Assembly: GCF_001194135.2 (NCBI RefSeq)
Contig: NC_068992.1
Coordinates: 62,951,641 to 63,015,640, forward strand
Direction: 5' to 3'
Length of the DNA stretch: 64,000 nt
Origin: Octopus bimaculoides
Taxonomy: Eukaryota
Numbering within the stretch: position 1 is the first letter of the stretch; each line of letters opens with the position of its first letter. Of this stretch, positions 12,966 to 24,587 are shown in pieces. The position numbers and the translations under genes are program-made. Under the pieces are notes generated by a model. It saw only the letters and a list, made by a program, of their open reading frames with translations, did not search any database and was not told the DNA's origin.

Positions 12966-13661
12966 AAAGAATATATATATGTGTGTAACTGCAAAAATTT
13001 GGAGTCAACACTACAATTGTTTCTGCGCAACGTAGTTCTCCAGGCGTTCAAGTACTTGATTGTGCAACTGTTACCCTGCATTAGGAGATCTAGTTGTGTT
13101 TCCTCGGGTGGTATATAAATATTGCCTCCGTAAGTTCAAAATCCTTGGCTTCAAGAACCTCTTCTGATTGTCGTGTCACCGAGCTTATCAGGGTTTGTCG
13201 TTGGCAAACTACTTTGAATGTGTAGATGAAGATTTGCTTATGGTGCTGCCTAATCGGACTGATTAGCACCCAGCCATGCACTCAGCCATGCCCGCACCAG
13301 CACAAAAGTTGCACCTAAAGAAACAAGGCATCATCCTCTGGCAAAAACCTCTTGCTAAGTGACGTAAGGTGTCATAAGAAAATTTCTTTGAAAGTTTTCG
13401 TTCCTGGTGAAATGGGAAACTTAATTACTGTAAATTAGTCCGAATACCAGATCCATCACTACAGATTTGGTCCCCTTTTACGATGTACCGTGCAAGAGAC
13501 TAAGGTACTTCTGCAGAGATCTGCAGGCGGTCACACAAGTGTATTCCCTAACTACAACACCACCAACTACAATACGCCAAATTCTTTGAAAACAATTTTG
13601 CTAAAATCTTTAACGCTGCAATCATAGCCGATAATACTACAAAATAATAATATTAATAATA

Positions 13662-13729
<68 letters not shown>

Positions 13730-14662
13730 GATAAAAACAACAACAATAATAATGATGATGATGATGATTTCTTTTATTGGCCAAACAATACAAATGAAGA
13801 ATAATAATGACAATAATAATAATAATAATGATAATAATAATAGTAGTTGTAGTAGTATTAATAATAATAATCGGGATGATAATGGAGCTCACAAGGAAGC
13901 AGAATTGATAACCAAAAAAGACTTAATATAAAGCAATAAATCATCGCACCTAAAGATTATTTAACTTCAAACATCTTAATTTCTTTAGTCCTTTCATCAN
14001 NNNNNNNNNNNNNNNNNNNNNNNNNNNNNNNNNNNNNNNNNNNNNNNNNNNNNNNNNNNNNNNNNNNNNNNNNNNNNNNNNNNNNNNNNNNNNNNNNNNN
14101 NNNNNNNNNNNNNNNNNNNNNNNNNNNNNNNNNNNNNNNNNNNNNNNNNNNNNNNNNNNNNNNNNNNNNNNNNNNNNNNNNNNNNNNNNNNNNNNNNNNN
14201 NNNNNNNNNNNNNNNNNNNNNNNNNNNNNNNNNNNNNNNNNNNNNNAGGAAGCAGAATTGATAACCAAAAAAGACTTAATATAAAGCAATAAATCATCAT
14301 ACCTAAAGATTATTTAACTTCAAACATCTTAATTTCTTTAGTCCTTTCATCACAATATAATTTAAGTGAGCATTCGTGACTACGCACTCGTTCACAGCCA
14401 AACACTGTCGCGCACGCACGCACACACACACACACACACAGTAACAGACACACTGACAGACACACACGCACTCACTTCCATAGTCCTGAGTGAATGTTTT
14501 TCTTAAATGCATACGTGTGTGCTTGTACGCATGTATGAAAGTGCGTGTGCGAGTGTAGATGAGTGTGTGTGAATATACGTGCATACATATGCATACATAC
14601 ATGCATATATATATACACATACACACACAAATATATACATATACACACACACACACATACAT

Positions 14663-14737
<75 letters not shown>

Positions 14738-14784
14738 CAGAGACAGACAGACAGACAGATAGACACAGAGACAGACAGACAGAC

Positions 14785-14843
<59 letters not shown>

Positions 14844-14850
14844 AAGAAAG
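14663..14850. repeat. (GATA)n/(GACA)n microsatellite
   Basis: Directly visible; similar tracts at 1707-1768, 25783-25890, 40577-40630 and 61683-61750. Confidence 0.97.
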
Positions 14851-15499
14851 GAAGAAAGGAAGAAAGAAAGAAATATATACATATACAGNNNNNNNNNNNN
14901 NNNNNNNNNNNNNNNNNNNNNNNNNNNNNNNNNNNNNNNNNNNNNNNNNNNNNNNNNNNNNNNNNNNNNNNNNNNNNNNNNNNNNNNNNNNNNNNNNNNN
15001 NNNNNNNNNNNNNNNNNNNNNNNNNNNNNNNNNNNNNNNNNNNNNNNNNNNNNNNNNNNNNNNNNNNNNNNNNNNNNNNNNNNNNNNNNNNNNNNNNNNN
15101 NNNNNNNNNNNNNNNNNNNNNNNNNNNNNNNNNNNNNNNNNNNNNNNNNNNNNNNNNNNNNNNNNNNNNNNNNNNNNNNNNNNNNNNNNNNNNNNNNNNN
15201 NNNNNNNNNNNNNNNNNNNNNNNNNNNTGTGTAGTTGTGGCTTTAATAGAGGGCTTTAATAGCAATAAAAATCAATCAAAATTACAAAATTAATAGTAGT
15301 GACCATTAAAGGTAGCCATAAAAATCAATTAGTTAGAATTACTGTAAAGAGGATAGGAAAAATGAGTGTATTTAATGCAGTACAATACCGTCAGCATCGT
15401 GAATCGCTATACGAGTTCTTATAAGCGTTACTGATCGTTCTCGTGTCAGTGAGCTCTTAAGAGAAAAAGTTTTTGAATAGCCCCATGTGATCGATCGAT

Positions 15500-15870
15500 C
15501 CCGCAAGGAATAACAACCCAAATCTCACTCAAATTTCAATTCATTGTCGTTTTAATTCTTTGTGTTTTTTTTAATTTTTTTTACCAAAAGGGGGAATAAT
15601 AAGCGAAGTGGTCACGGTTAGAGAGTCTTTGATGAAAGGCTTGCTCCATCAGACAGATATGATCCGGCTTTAATGAGTATCGGAAATAGTCTCAACTAAT
15701 CAAAGGGGAAAAAAATAAATGAGATTGTCACGGAGAGAGTGTCTTTAATGAAAGACCTGCTCCGACAGATAGATGTGACTGGGTGCTAAAGAGCCTCGGA
15801 AACATTAACAATTATAGAAAAGGAAAAAATATATGAGACTGTCACGGCTGGAGTGTCTTTAAACAAAGAC
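15500..15870 (+). repeat. Family-D repeat with its 3' part tandemly repeated 2.5x (~115-bp period)
   Basis: gtcacgg..gtcttt at 15611, 15727 and 15841. Dispersed D motifs (gctagaaatagcagccaaatct; ggatggtca..gcctttga..ctaaacaacaac) also occur near 32250(-), 35176, 36660, 36770, 37160, 38930 and 43070. Confidence 0.6.
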
Positions 15871-16071
15871 CTGCAGGTAGCTAACTAGTATCGCAGAAAC
15901 AATAATGTTCACTCTAGATGACATAGTAACCACGACTAAATTCAATTTAGCACACGCCACTGACGAGACTTAATAAGGCCTAAATGCATTTTTTGACGTT
16001 TTCACAAGCAATTGCCGGAATGAATTTCGTCTCCCTCCGAATGTATATTGTTATTAACACAGCACGTCCAT

Positions 16072-16210
16072 AAGGTGCATAGATAAGTGGTTAAGGTGTT
16101 ACATTCACGACTGTGAGAAATCGGTTTCGATTCCCAGACCGTGAGATGCGTTGTGTTCTTGAGCTAAACACATTATTTCACCTCGTTTTTCTTCATTCAG
16201 CTCTAAATGG
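16072..16210 (+). mobile_element. SINE family C head, decayed
   Basis: ggtgcatagataagtggttaaggtgtt..ggtttcgattcccagacc..gttgtgttcttgagctaaacac. Confidence 0.75.
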
Positions 16211-16604
16211 TCTCTATGAATATCTACAATGTTAAGCCTACGAAGGAAAAACATATTGAGAATAGGGAAGCATATTGAAATCTCAGTTACTTACACGCCA
16301 CAGAAACAGGATTTACTCCCGGCCTTATGAGTCCTTAGATTCAAGACAGAGTTAACACATAAACGTCCATATTGTATCTCGGGGGAAAAACCGCAGTAAC
16401 TTGCCTGTTAACAGTTTATTTATGTAGAAAAGTGAGAGGCCGATTAAAGCACAATTAGTTGCATCTTACTTCGTCGTATTGCAGTGGGCCTTCTTATGAT
16501 CCGTAATCAAAAGATACTTGCACAAATAGCAAATTCCAGTAAATGGTTTCTGCCAAAAGACCCGATCTCAGAACAACAAACTCTCAAAGAATAAATCATC
16601 ATTA

Positions 16605-16830
16605 TTGGTTTTACTTTTACTTGTTTCGGTAATGGGACAGCGGCCGTGAAGGAGCACCTCCATGTAAGTTTTTTTTGTGGTTAAAATCAGAACGAGTACA
16701 TATTTATCTTTGTTCTCACTCTGGTACTTATTTTGTCGACTTTTCTACTGAATCGCTAAGTTACGGACATGTAAGTAAACTGACACGTGTGGTCAAGCCG
16801 TTGTGGGAGACAAAAGCAAATTTAAAGACA
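16605..16830 (-). mobile_element. SINE family A, 3' half, decayed
   Basis: ttttacttgtttcgg..cggccg..ggagcacc..gtacttattt..gctaagttacggac..acacgtgtggtcaagc. Confidence 0.7.
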
Positions 16831-16843
16831 TATACACATAGTT

Positions 16844-16875
<32 letters not shown>

Positions 16876-16880
16876 TATTA

Positions 16881-17072
16881 TGATTGACCGTTGACTGAAC
16901 ACTATTCAATTTTTTTTCTCCGTGTTTTTCTCCTTGTCTCCGTATTCTTTCTGTTGAAGAGCGTAGCTCGAAACGTCAAAGACTTTCCGTATTCCCGAGC
17001 GTCATACTAATATATACTTTTGTTATTTACACCACCTGTCCTCGTCTGTTGTTATTTTTTGTATATTCTCCC
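16881..17072 (+). mobile_element. Short (~190 bp) element between (CA/TA)n microsatellites carrying a hammerhead-like motif; Penelope pseudo-LTR/retrozyme-like
   Basis: Unique block bounded by (CA)n(TA)n and (TA)n; contains tcttt-CTGTTGA-a-gagc-gta-gctc-GAAA-cgt-c-aaaga at 16946-16982. Confidence 0.55.
16946..16982 (+). ncRNA. Minimal type-I hammerhead ribozyme-like motif (one core substitution)
   Basis: Helix I tcttt/aaaga (5 bp), core CUGUUGA (consensus CUGANGA, A6>U), helix II gagc/gctc with a 3-nt loop, GAAA, loopless palindromic helix III ACGU, GUC cleavage triplet. Confidence 0.6.
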
Positions 17073-17296
17073 ATATATATATATATATATATATATTTGA
17101 TTCTCTATATTTAATACTCAATATTNNNNNNNNNNNNNNNNNNNNNNNNNNNNNNNNNNNNNNNNNNNNNNNNNNNNNNNNNNNNNNNNNNNNNNNNNNN
17201 NNNNNNNNNNNNNNNNNNNNNNNNNNNNNNNNNNNNNNNNNNNNNNNNNNNNNNNNNNNNNNNNNNNNNNNNNNNATATATATATATATATATATC

Positions 17297-17348
17297 CTAT
17301 CAATGACTTATGAGTGGATTTAGTTGGCGGAAATTGAAAGAAGTCCGT

Positions 17349-17400
<52 letters not shown>

Positions 17401-17550
17401 TGTATGTATGTATGACGGGCTTCTTTCAATTTCCGCCAACTAAATCCACTCAGAGGTCATTGATAGTCACGGAAAAATCGTGAAAAGACACATGCACAAA
17501 ATCCACACGTTGGAATTGAACCCAGAACCAAGTAATCGGAAAAACAGATT
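17297..17550 (-). mobile_element. SINE family A 5' half (17413-17550) with a fold-back inverted copy (17297-17350)
   Basis: 54-nt arms match as reverse complements with 3 differences around a self-complementary (TACA)/(TA)/(TGTA) centre. Confidence 0.85.
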
Positions 17551-17592
17551 TTTACAACAGTCACTATATAAAGCTAATTAGCACTAATTATC

Positions 17593-17623
17593 ATTTTCTC
17601 CCTTTTTTTTTTTATCTTTGCAG
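17593..17623 (+). promoter_or_regulatory. 3' splice acceptor of the nAChR terminal exon
   Basis: attttctccctttttttttttatctttgcag| immediately before the in-frame GAA GTA AGA GAC TGG; a CTAAT branch-like motif lies just upstream. Confidence 0.9.
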
Positions 17624-17800
17624 GAAGTAAGAGACTGGAAATTTGTTGCCATGGTGTTGGATCGTTTTTTCCTGTACATCTTCACCAGCACATGTCTCGC
17701 CGGAACTCTCTGCATCTTTCTCTACGCACCATCACTCTACGATCATCGCATACCCATGGAGGGAAGTAACGAAATTGGTAACACAACATGTATTTATTGA
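17624..17800 (+). CDS. Terminal coding exon of a nicotinic acetylcholine receptor (Cys-loop) subunit: end of MA helix, M4 helix and short extracellular C-tail; canonical invertebrate alpha/beta-type rather than a divergent chemotactile receptor
   Basis: Phase-0 translation [58 protein letters not shown]. [14 protein letters not shown] and GT..I...APSLYD.R.P are hallmark nAChR M4/C-terminal motifs. Preceded by a long polypyrimidine tract and TTGCAG acceptor; TGA at 17798-17800. The subunit orthologue cannot be named from this exon alone. Confidence 0.95.
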   Translation, partial: EVRDWKFVAMVLDRFFLYIFTSTCLAGTLCIFLYAPSLYDHRIPMEGSNEIGNTTCIY

Positions 17801-17829
17801 AGAGTAAAAATACCAATCATATACGTGTA

Positions 17830-18140
<311 letters not shown>

Positions 18141-18667
18141 CTGTTTCGTGCGTTAGCACAAATTGCCCGTGTACGAAACTCTCTGCCCTTGAGTCAAATT
18201 GAAAAATTCTGTCGATTAAGTGACAAATGATATGTATGTGTATATAGCAACATACACATACACACACACACACACAAACATATATACACACATACATATT
18301 TATTTGTGTGTGTGTGTGCATGTGTGTATGTAAGTATGTGTGTGTGAATTGAAGATTGGTCTTTATAATACTCATTTTATTTTATGAATGACAGTTGCTT
18401 CTACAAGACCATGACTGATATAGATATATATAGAGACACATATTTGTGTATATCATATTTGTACGTGTATCCTGCAGTATACGGGCAATGCATCCGGCAA
18501 AGAGTTAATGTTGAAACAGTTGCTGCGTAAGATTCATATCAACATGACAATTTGTTGGAATTAAAGCGGATTAAAGGGATTAATGAAACACAGAATAATT
18601 AGTATATGCATGCATTGTAAATATGCAATATTTGTGTTTACATGGCTATATGTGTCTATGTGTTTGT

Positions 18668-18711
<44 letters not shown>

Positions 18712-18769
18712 ATAAATACATACATACATATGCACATACATTCATATATGTATGCATACGTATATATAG

Positions 18770-18818
<49 letters not shown>

Positions 18819-18944
18819 CACACACACACAAGCATATACATATGTATGTATGTATATAAGACGATGTTAAAATAAGGATGGACTATTTTACATCCAGAAA
18901 ACTTGTTTATTACAGTGTCAAAGTCTCGTTACTGTAATGCAGTG

Positions 18945-19100
18945 AATAAAGCTGTATGGATATGTTTACCTTGGATGTAATCATAACGCAATTGAAGCAA
19001 CAGGATGCCACTGGACACCACATCTTAGGATATCGATGCAGTAGAAACATGTGTCGGACGGCATTTTAAGAGAGCCTATTGTAAATAAGATTGCAATAAA
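18945..19100 (+). terminator. Candidate polyadenylation signals for the nAChR 3' UTR
   Basis: AATAAA at 18945-18950 and 19095-19100 in non-repetitive sequence 1.1-1.3 kb past the stop. AATAAA is common in this AT-rich DNA, so support is weak. Confidence 0.25.
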
Positions 19101-19774
19101 CAAGTTTTAAAGATGTACAATGTTGCATCGTCCTCTCAGCGTCACATGTGTATGCATTCGGTATACAGTATAAAAGGCAAAGAAGCAAAATCATTATTTT
19201 TCCATCGGGAGAAATACAGCGGGACTGTTTACCTTAAACAATTTCTCTTAGTTCCATATCGTTCGACGTTGTTAACGAGAACCTAAATTATACCAGAGTG
19301 TTTGAAAGGGACCTGCCCGGATTTATACCCCTATCTAATTATATGTATGAAAAGTTTTGAGCCTTCAAGGCGTTTGAGCCTTCAAAGCGTTTGAGCCTTC
19401 GAGTCTTGTACCATGTTTTGCTTTTTAGAGGCTCAAGGCTTTACATACAACCCTCGTATATATATATATATTATAAACACACAGATGTGTGTATGTATCC
19501 ACATATATATATATACACACACATCTGCATTTGTAAAACTTTGTCCCACAATATGTATATTTATTTCAATTATTTGGCGTCTGAATCAAGACAACCCTTC
19601 AATTATCACCATATCTTATTGCAAATGAGACTGAGGAACGCTTGGCAAGCCTCGAATACATTCGCTATAAATCCACAAAAAAATATTATTTTCAGCTGAA
19701 GTGAAATAAGCTTATAACTTGTATATACATGCATACATATAACATATAACTTGTACATATACATGCATACACAC

Positions 19775-19808
<34 letters not shown>

Positions 19809-20024
19809 AATTCGGTTTATATATATATATGTAATTCGATGCACATCAAATAAAGTTATAAATAATAGCATGCAAATTTTGGGTGGAACCCCCACTTTCT
19901 TTTCGACATCAGATTTATTTGCTATTCATATATAGTTTCATGTGATATGCCACTACATCTGTCGTTCCAATAAATGATTATTTCACGTTCTCTCGAACGT
20001 TTATGATATGTTTTTGTGTGTGTG

Positions 20025-20069
<45 letters not shown>

Positions 20070-20451
20070 GTGTGTGTGCGCGCGTGCACGCATTCCCCCC
20101 ATATATATAAATGTATATATGAGCAGGTATATGTGTGCATATGTATGTATATGTGTCCGGTGTTACAACAACATTTACGAAAGGAAATACTTATTGCATA
20201 TCTTCATTTGACTTTTGCTCAATTCAAATCCGGGAGTTCTCTGCCTTCTCCTTTAGAATTTAATTTTCATTACCGTTAATGTATATCAGTACCATAACAT
20301 TCTGAATTTGATTGATAATTAAATATTGTCGGGTTCATTGTCGCAGCTTTCATTATTAAACTACACACAACCACTCACTCTCACATATACATATATATTC
20401 GTGCATATATATATATATATGTGTTTGTACGAAATATACACATACACATAA

Positions 20452-20566
20452 ATGCATACAGATATATACAGTAGTAACTCGGTTTACGAAAGCCTCGGAT
20501 CACGCGTTTTATTTGTGATCAGAGTTGTTCGAAAACCGATGTACTATTGTATATATATATATGCAT
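20452..20566. ncRNA. 115-nt imperfect hairpin, pre-miRNA-like or palindromic element relic
   Basis: Arms 20452-20503 and 20515-20566 (52 nt each), 11-nt loop; by hand 44 of 52 positions pair on the + strand, including two G:U. The inner 25 bp are non-repetitive. Confidence 0.4.
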
Positions 20567-22059
20567 GCATACATACATAATTGCATACATGCAATGTTAA
20601 AAGAATGGGCATTGATAACTCCTTTAACTAGATGGCTATCACACAAAACTATACATATATATATAAGCACACACAGGGAACCTATAACGCGCTTGTGATT
20701 CAAACTTCAGCCCGCTCTACATAAACTGACATAGCGCGTCGTTACGTTTTTATTAAATGTTAGACTCATTAATCACAGCCAATCCCTGTTTAATTAACTT
20801 GAATGATTAATGATTTCGAGCTTTTTTTTTTTTTTACTCCCGCTGCTATACTTAACCAAAATTACTAAGGTATGTTCCCGCAATGATTATGACCTATCTG
20901 TTAGCAGTCCAAAATTGTTTCAGTTTTACAGCGACAGATAGGATTATTAAAAATTAAATTAATTAACTAATCAATCTAATAATATTTTTTCAGATTACTC
21001 TACTAACTAGTCTTAATGTGGAAGCTATTCTACTGTACTAAAATCTACCATCGGTGTGATCGCTACTTGTTGATGAATATATATGCATATAGAAATACAT
21101 ACATACATACATACATACATACATACATACATACATGCATACATACATGCATACATACATACATACGAAAAAGAGCGATACTGAACATTTTTCGTAGGTG
21201 TATGTATATTATTATAACAGTTTGTTTCGGCTTCGGGCAAACAGAGGTTTCTTAAGGCTCGTCCATCGAATCTATCCCGTCCTGCACACCGAAACCGAAT
21301 CGATTTTCACAAGCCTGACGAGATGGGGGTCGTTTGACGAACCTGCGAAACTTTAAGGTGCATCGAGCGGGCCTGGGAAGACAAACAATTCGACAGGTGG
21401 AAATCATATTGTTGATTTCTCACTCAACTTCATCTGCACAATACGTTTGCGTCTACTCACAATACAGAATCACGCTACAAATATATGCTCGGTTGTCATT
21501 CTTAAAAGTGCTTTAAAATATTAACATTATTTTAACATTTATATAAATAAACACACGCACATGTATATGATATATATATATTTGAAATTTTTTGTACAAA
21601 AATACTTCATGCAGTCACAATATTTAAAGAGAGATTTCCTTAAAAGATAATAAATATTTTTTAAAGAAATTTTCTTCAAGGNNNNNNNNNNNNNNNNNNN
21701 NNNNNNNNNNNNNNNNNNNNNNNNNNNNNNNNNNNNNNNNNNNNNNNNNNNNNNNNNNNNNNNNNNNNNNNNNNNNNNNNNNNNNNNNNNNNNNNNNNNN
21801 NNNNNNNNNNNNNNNNNNNNNNNNNNNNNNNNNNNNNNNNNNNNNNNNNNNNNNNNNNNNNNNNNNNNNNNNNNNNNNNNNNNNNNNNNNNNNNNNNNNN
21901 NNNNNNNNNNNNNNNNNNNNNNNNNNNNNNNNNNNNNNNNNNNNNNNNNNNNNNNNNNNNNNNNNNNNNNNNNNNNNNNNNNNNNNNNNNNNNNNNNNNN
22001 NNNNNNNNNNNNNNNNNNNNNNNNNNNNNNNNNNNNNNNNNNNNNNNNNNNNNNNNNNN

Positions 22060-22109
<50 letters not shown>

Positions 22110-22116
<7 letters not shown>

Positions 22117-22265
22117 GTGTGTACGTGTGTCTGTATGTTACCCCGCCATCGCTTGAAAACCGAGGCTGGTGTGTTTATGTCCCCGTAACTTAGAGTTCGG
22201 CAGAAGGGACCGATTGAATAAGTACTAGGCGTAGAAAAAATAAGTCCTAAAATCGATTTATTGGA
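22110..22265 (+). mobile_element. SINE family A, 3' half
   Basis: ccgccatcgcttgaaaaccg..gtgtttatgtccccgtaacttag..aataagtactaggc. Confidence 0.75.
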
Positions 22266-23485
22266 CTAACACCCTTATCATGTACTGTGTATCTGATATG
22301 AGATCACCATTTTGCTCATATGCAGTTGTTATGCATATGTCTTGTGTACCCTTATCAGACGGATAGTCATGAGGGGGTATGTTGGGCTTCGTATATTTGT
22401 ACCTCGGTGTCAGTTTGATGGCATGCCCTGCTCGCTAACTCAATAATGACAACAGAAACATCAACGACAACAACAACAACACTAATATTAATAATAATAG
22501 TAATAATAATAATAACTGTTGCTACAGTATAGCACGTTTTGTTGTCGTTAGTTGTGCCAAACTAATCAGAATTACCTCTTATAATAATCACTTTGCGCAA
22601 GTTTCTTCGGCATGCGATGAACATTCCTTTTTTTAACGACAGAAGCATTAAGGGGCTTGCTTCAGTCAGCCAGGCTACACTTACAGACAATGCATTAGAG
22701 TTACCCCTTTGATCGTATATTTTCGCTACTTCTAGAAAAGTTATTAATGCTTTGGTCATCGATTTTACTCTTACACAAAGGCAAGAGTAACACCACCACC
22801 ACCAACAACAACAACAACAGAAAGAAACCTCTAAGCTAAGAATTTCTCGTCTGCCTTTGATCAGTCATTCCATACTTAGAGAACATGTATTCTGTCTCTT
22901 CTCTGTTGAGTTATTTCGCTTTTTATGGGCAATATTTTAAGGGATTTCTGTATTTTATGGTCAGTATAAAACACACTTCTAAGCTGTTCATTAATAACGC
23001 TTCCTCATCATCTCCAATTATTTATAAACCAGTCTTTGTGTTTGCATTTTTTATTTGTTTTGGTTTGTCCGTAATTTTTTTATTTTTTTTACGTAGCTTA
23101 AAACCTCTTTAAAGCCTTCTAATGTACGCGTCCTTACTGTACAGTACCAAAAAAATACAAAGAAATTGTGGCAAATTTTTATGAGGAACGAGCAGATCTT
23201 TTGAAAATGCACATTCTATGTGAGGGTGGGGAACCTACTTATCAAGCCAAACCAAACCTGATACATTTTACCGTTTCTTTCGGTTATTCATACATGAAAT
23301 AGGCTTCTTGGATCAATCTGTGAGCATATATATTCTGAACGTCTTTTGAGACGGACCCAAATCTTAGAATTTCCATTATCAAGGAATTCAAAACGAAACG
23401 CCATCAAACAGTTTTTTGGAGGAGTTAGAGTTCTGTATCAAAGTTAATCGATTCTAGTTGCGGTTTATGTGCAGTAATCAGATAT

Positions 23486-23487
<2 letters not shown>

Positions 23488-23553
<66 letters not shown>

Positions 23554-23673
23554 AAGAAGAAGAAGAAGAAGAAGAAGATGAAGAAGAAGAAGAAGAAGAA
23601 GAAGAAGAAGAAGAAGAAGAAGAAGAAGAAGAAGAAGAAGAAGAAGAAGAAGAAGAAGAAGAAGAAGAAGAAG
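23488..23673. repeat. Compound (AAT)n-(AAG)n microsatellite
   Basis: Directly visible; source of the poly-K/L/S ORFs. Confidence 0.98.
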
Positions 23674-23675
23674 GA

Positions 23676-24205
23676 CTAATTGGATGAAAGCCAAGATAGA
23701 CAAACGGCAGGTAGATTCTCAATGTAGGTTATGTAAATGAAAGGAGGTAAGTGTTACTTATATGGGGAGTGCTGAAATAGAACGAATACAAGAAAAGACA
23801 TGACAACCTAGGGAGACTAGTCCACTGAAAGTTACTGATAAATGGTACGAACATGAATCTATTAAAGTACTAGAAAGTAGGGAAAGAAATATAAGACATT
23901 GTGGGATTATAACATTCAAACTGACAGAGTAATAGGAGCTAGAAGACCTGATTTAGCGGTAGTAGACAAAGAGAATAGAAAGTGCCAGGTAATTGACTTT
24001 AGAGTCTCAAATGATGAGAAAATCGATATGAGAGTTACAAAGAAAACAGGCTTAAAATCGAGTTTAGTGCAGCTCCAGGAAACAATGTTATTAGGGAGAG
24101 CTAGGATTCTTAGGAATGTTCTTTACATCTAAGATTACTTGTTTTAGTCCTATGTTGTGAATTTTTCTTTTCCAGCCGTCTCATCTATTGTGCGTATATG
24201 AAATA
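23676..24205 (+). mobile_element. 5'-truncated RLE-type non-LTR retrotransposon (R4/Dong or NeSL-like) 3' end, decayed
   Basis: CRLC zinc-knuckle remnant, YKKRHDN, WYEHE, LWDYNIQTDRVIGARRPDLAVVDKENRKCQVIDF (PD..D endonuclease) and LQETMLLGRARILRNVL; internal deletion and stops. Confidence 0.9.
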
Positions 24206-24370
24206 ATAAAAATAATAACAACAATAAGGTAACATGAGACACCCTTGAAAAAATATATGTAACTTAATACCTTGCTGTCATACATTCCAATCTTCGGATT
24301 GTTTTCTTAACCGGTTCACAGTCTGCCACAAAACTAAACGCTTTGCTATAACAATATATATAGAGCTGAA

Positions 24371-24587
24371 GGCGGCGAGCTGGCAGAAACGTTAGCACGC
24401 CGAGCGAAATGCTTAGCGGTATTTCGTCTGTCTTGACCAGTTCTGAGTTCAAATTCCGCCGAGGTCAACTTTGCCTTCCATCCTTTCGGGGTCGATAAAC
24501 TAAGTACCAGTTGCGTACTGGGATCGATCTAATCGACTGGCCTCCTCCCCCCAAATGTTGGGCCTTGTGCCTAAAGTAGAAAAGAAT
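24371..24587 (+). mobile_element. SINE family B, full length with a ~16-bp TSD
   Basis: ggcggcgagctggcagaaacgttagc head, B-box gagttcaaattcc, body to gtagaaaagaat; flanked by aatatatatagagctg (24353-24368) and aatatatatagaactg (24585-24600). Confidence 0.9.

Noticed and set aside
13020-13520. GC-richer block suggesting a TE coding relic
   Set aside because: No frame gave a recognisable transposase, RT or helicase motif.
13894-14352. 106-bp direct repeat (13894-13999 and 14247-14352)
   Set aside because: The copies flank an N-gap and differ by 2 adjacent bases; most likely two alleles left uncollapsed.
15958-15992. CTGACGA..taaa-tgcat hammerhead-like string
   Set aside because: G12 is missing, helix II is broken and helix I unpaired; not distinguishable from chance.
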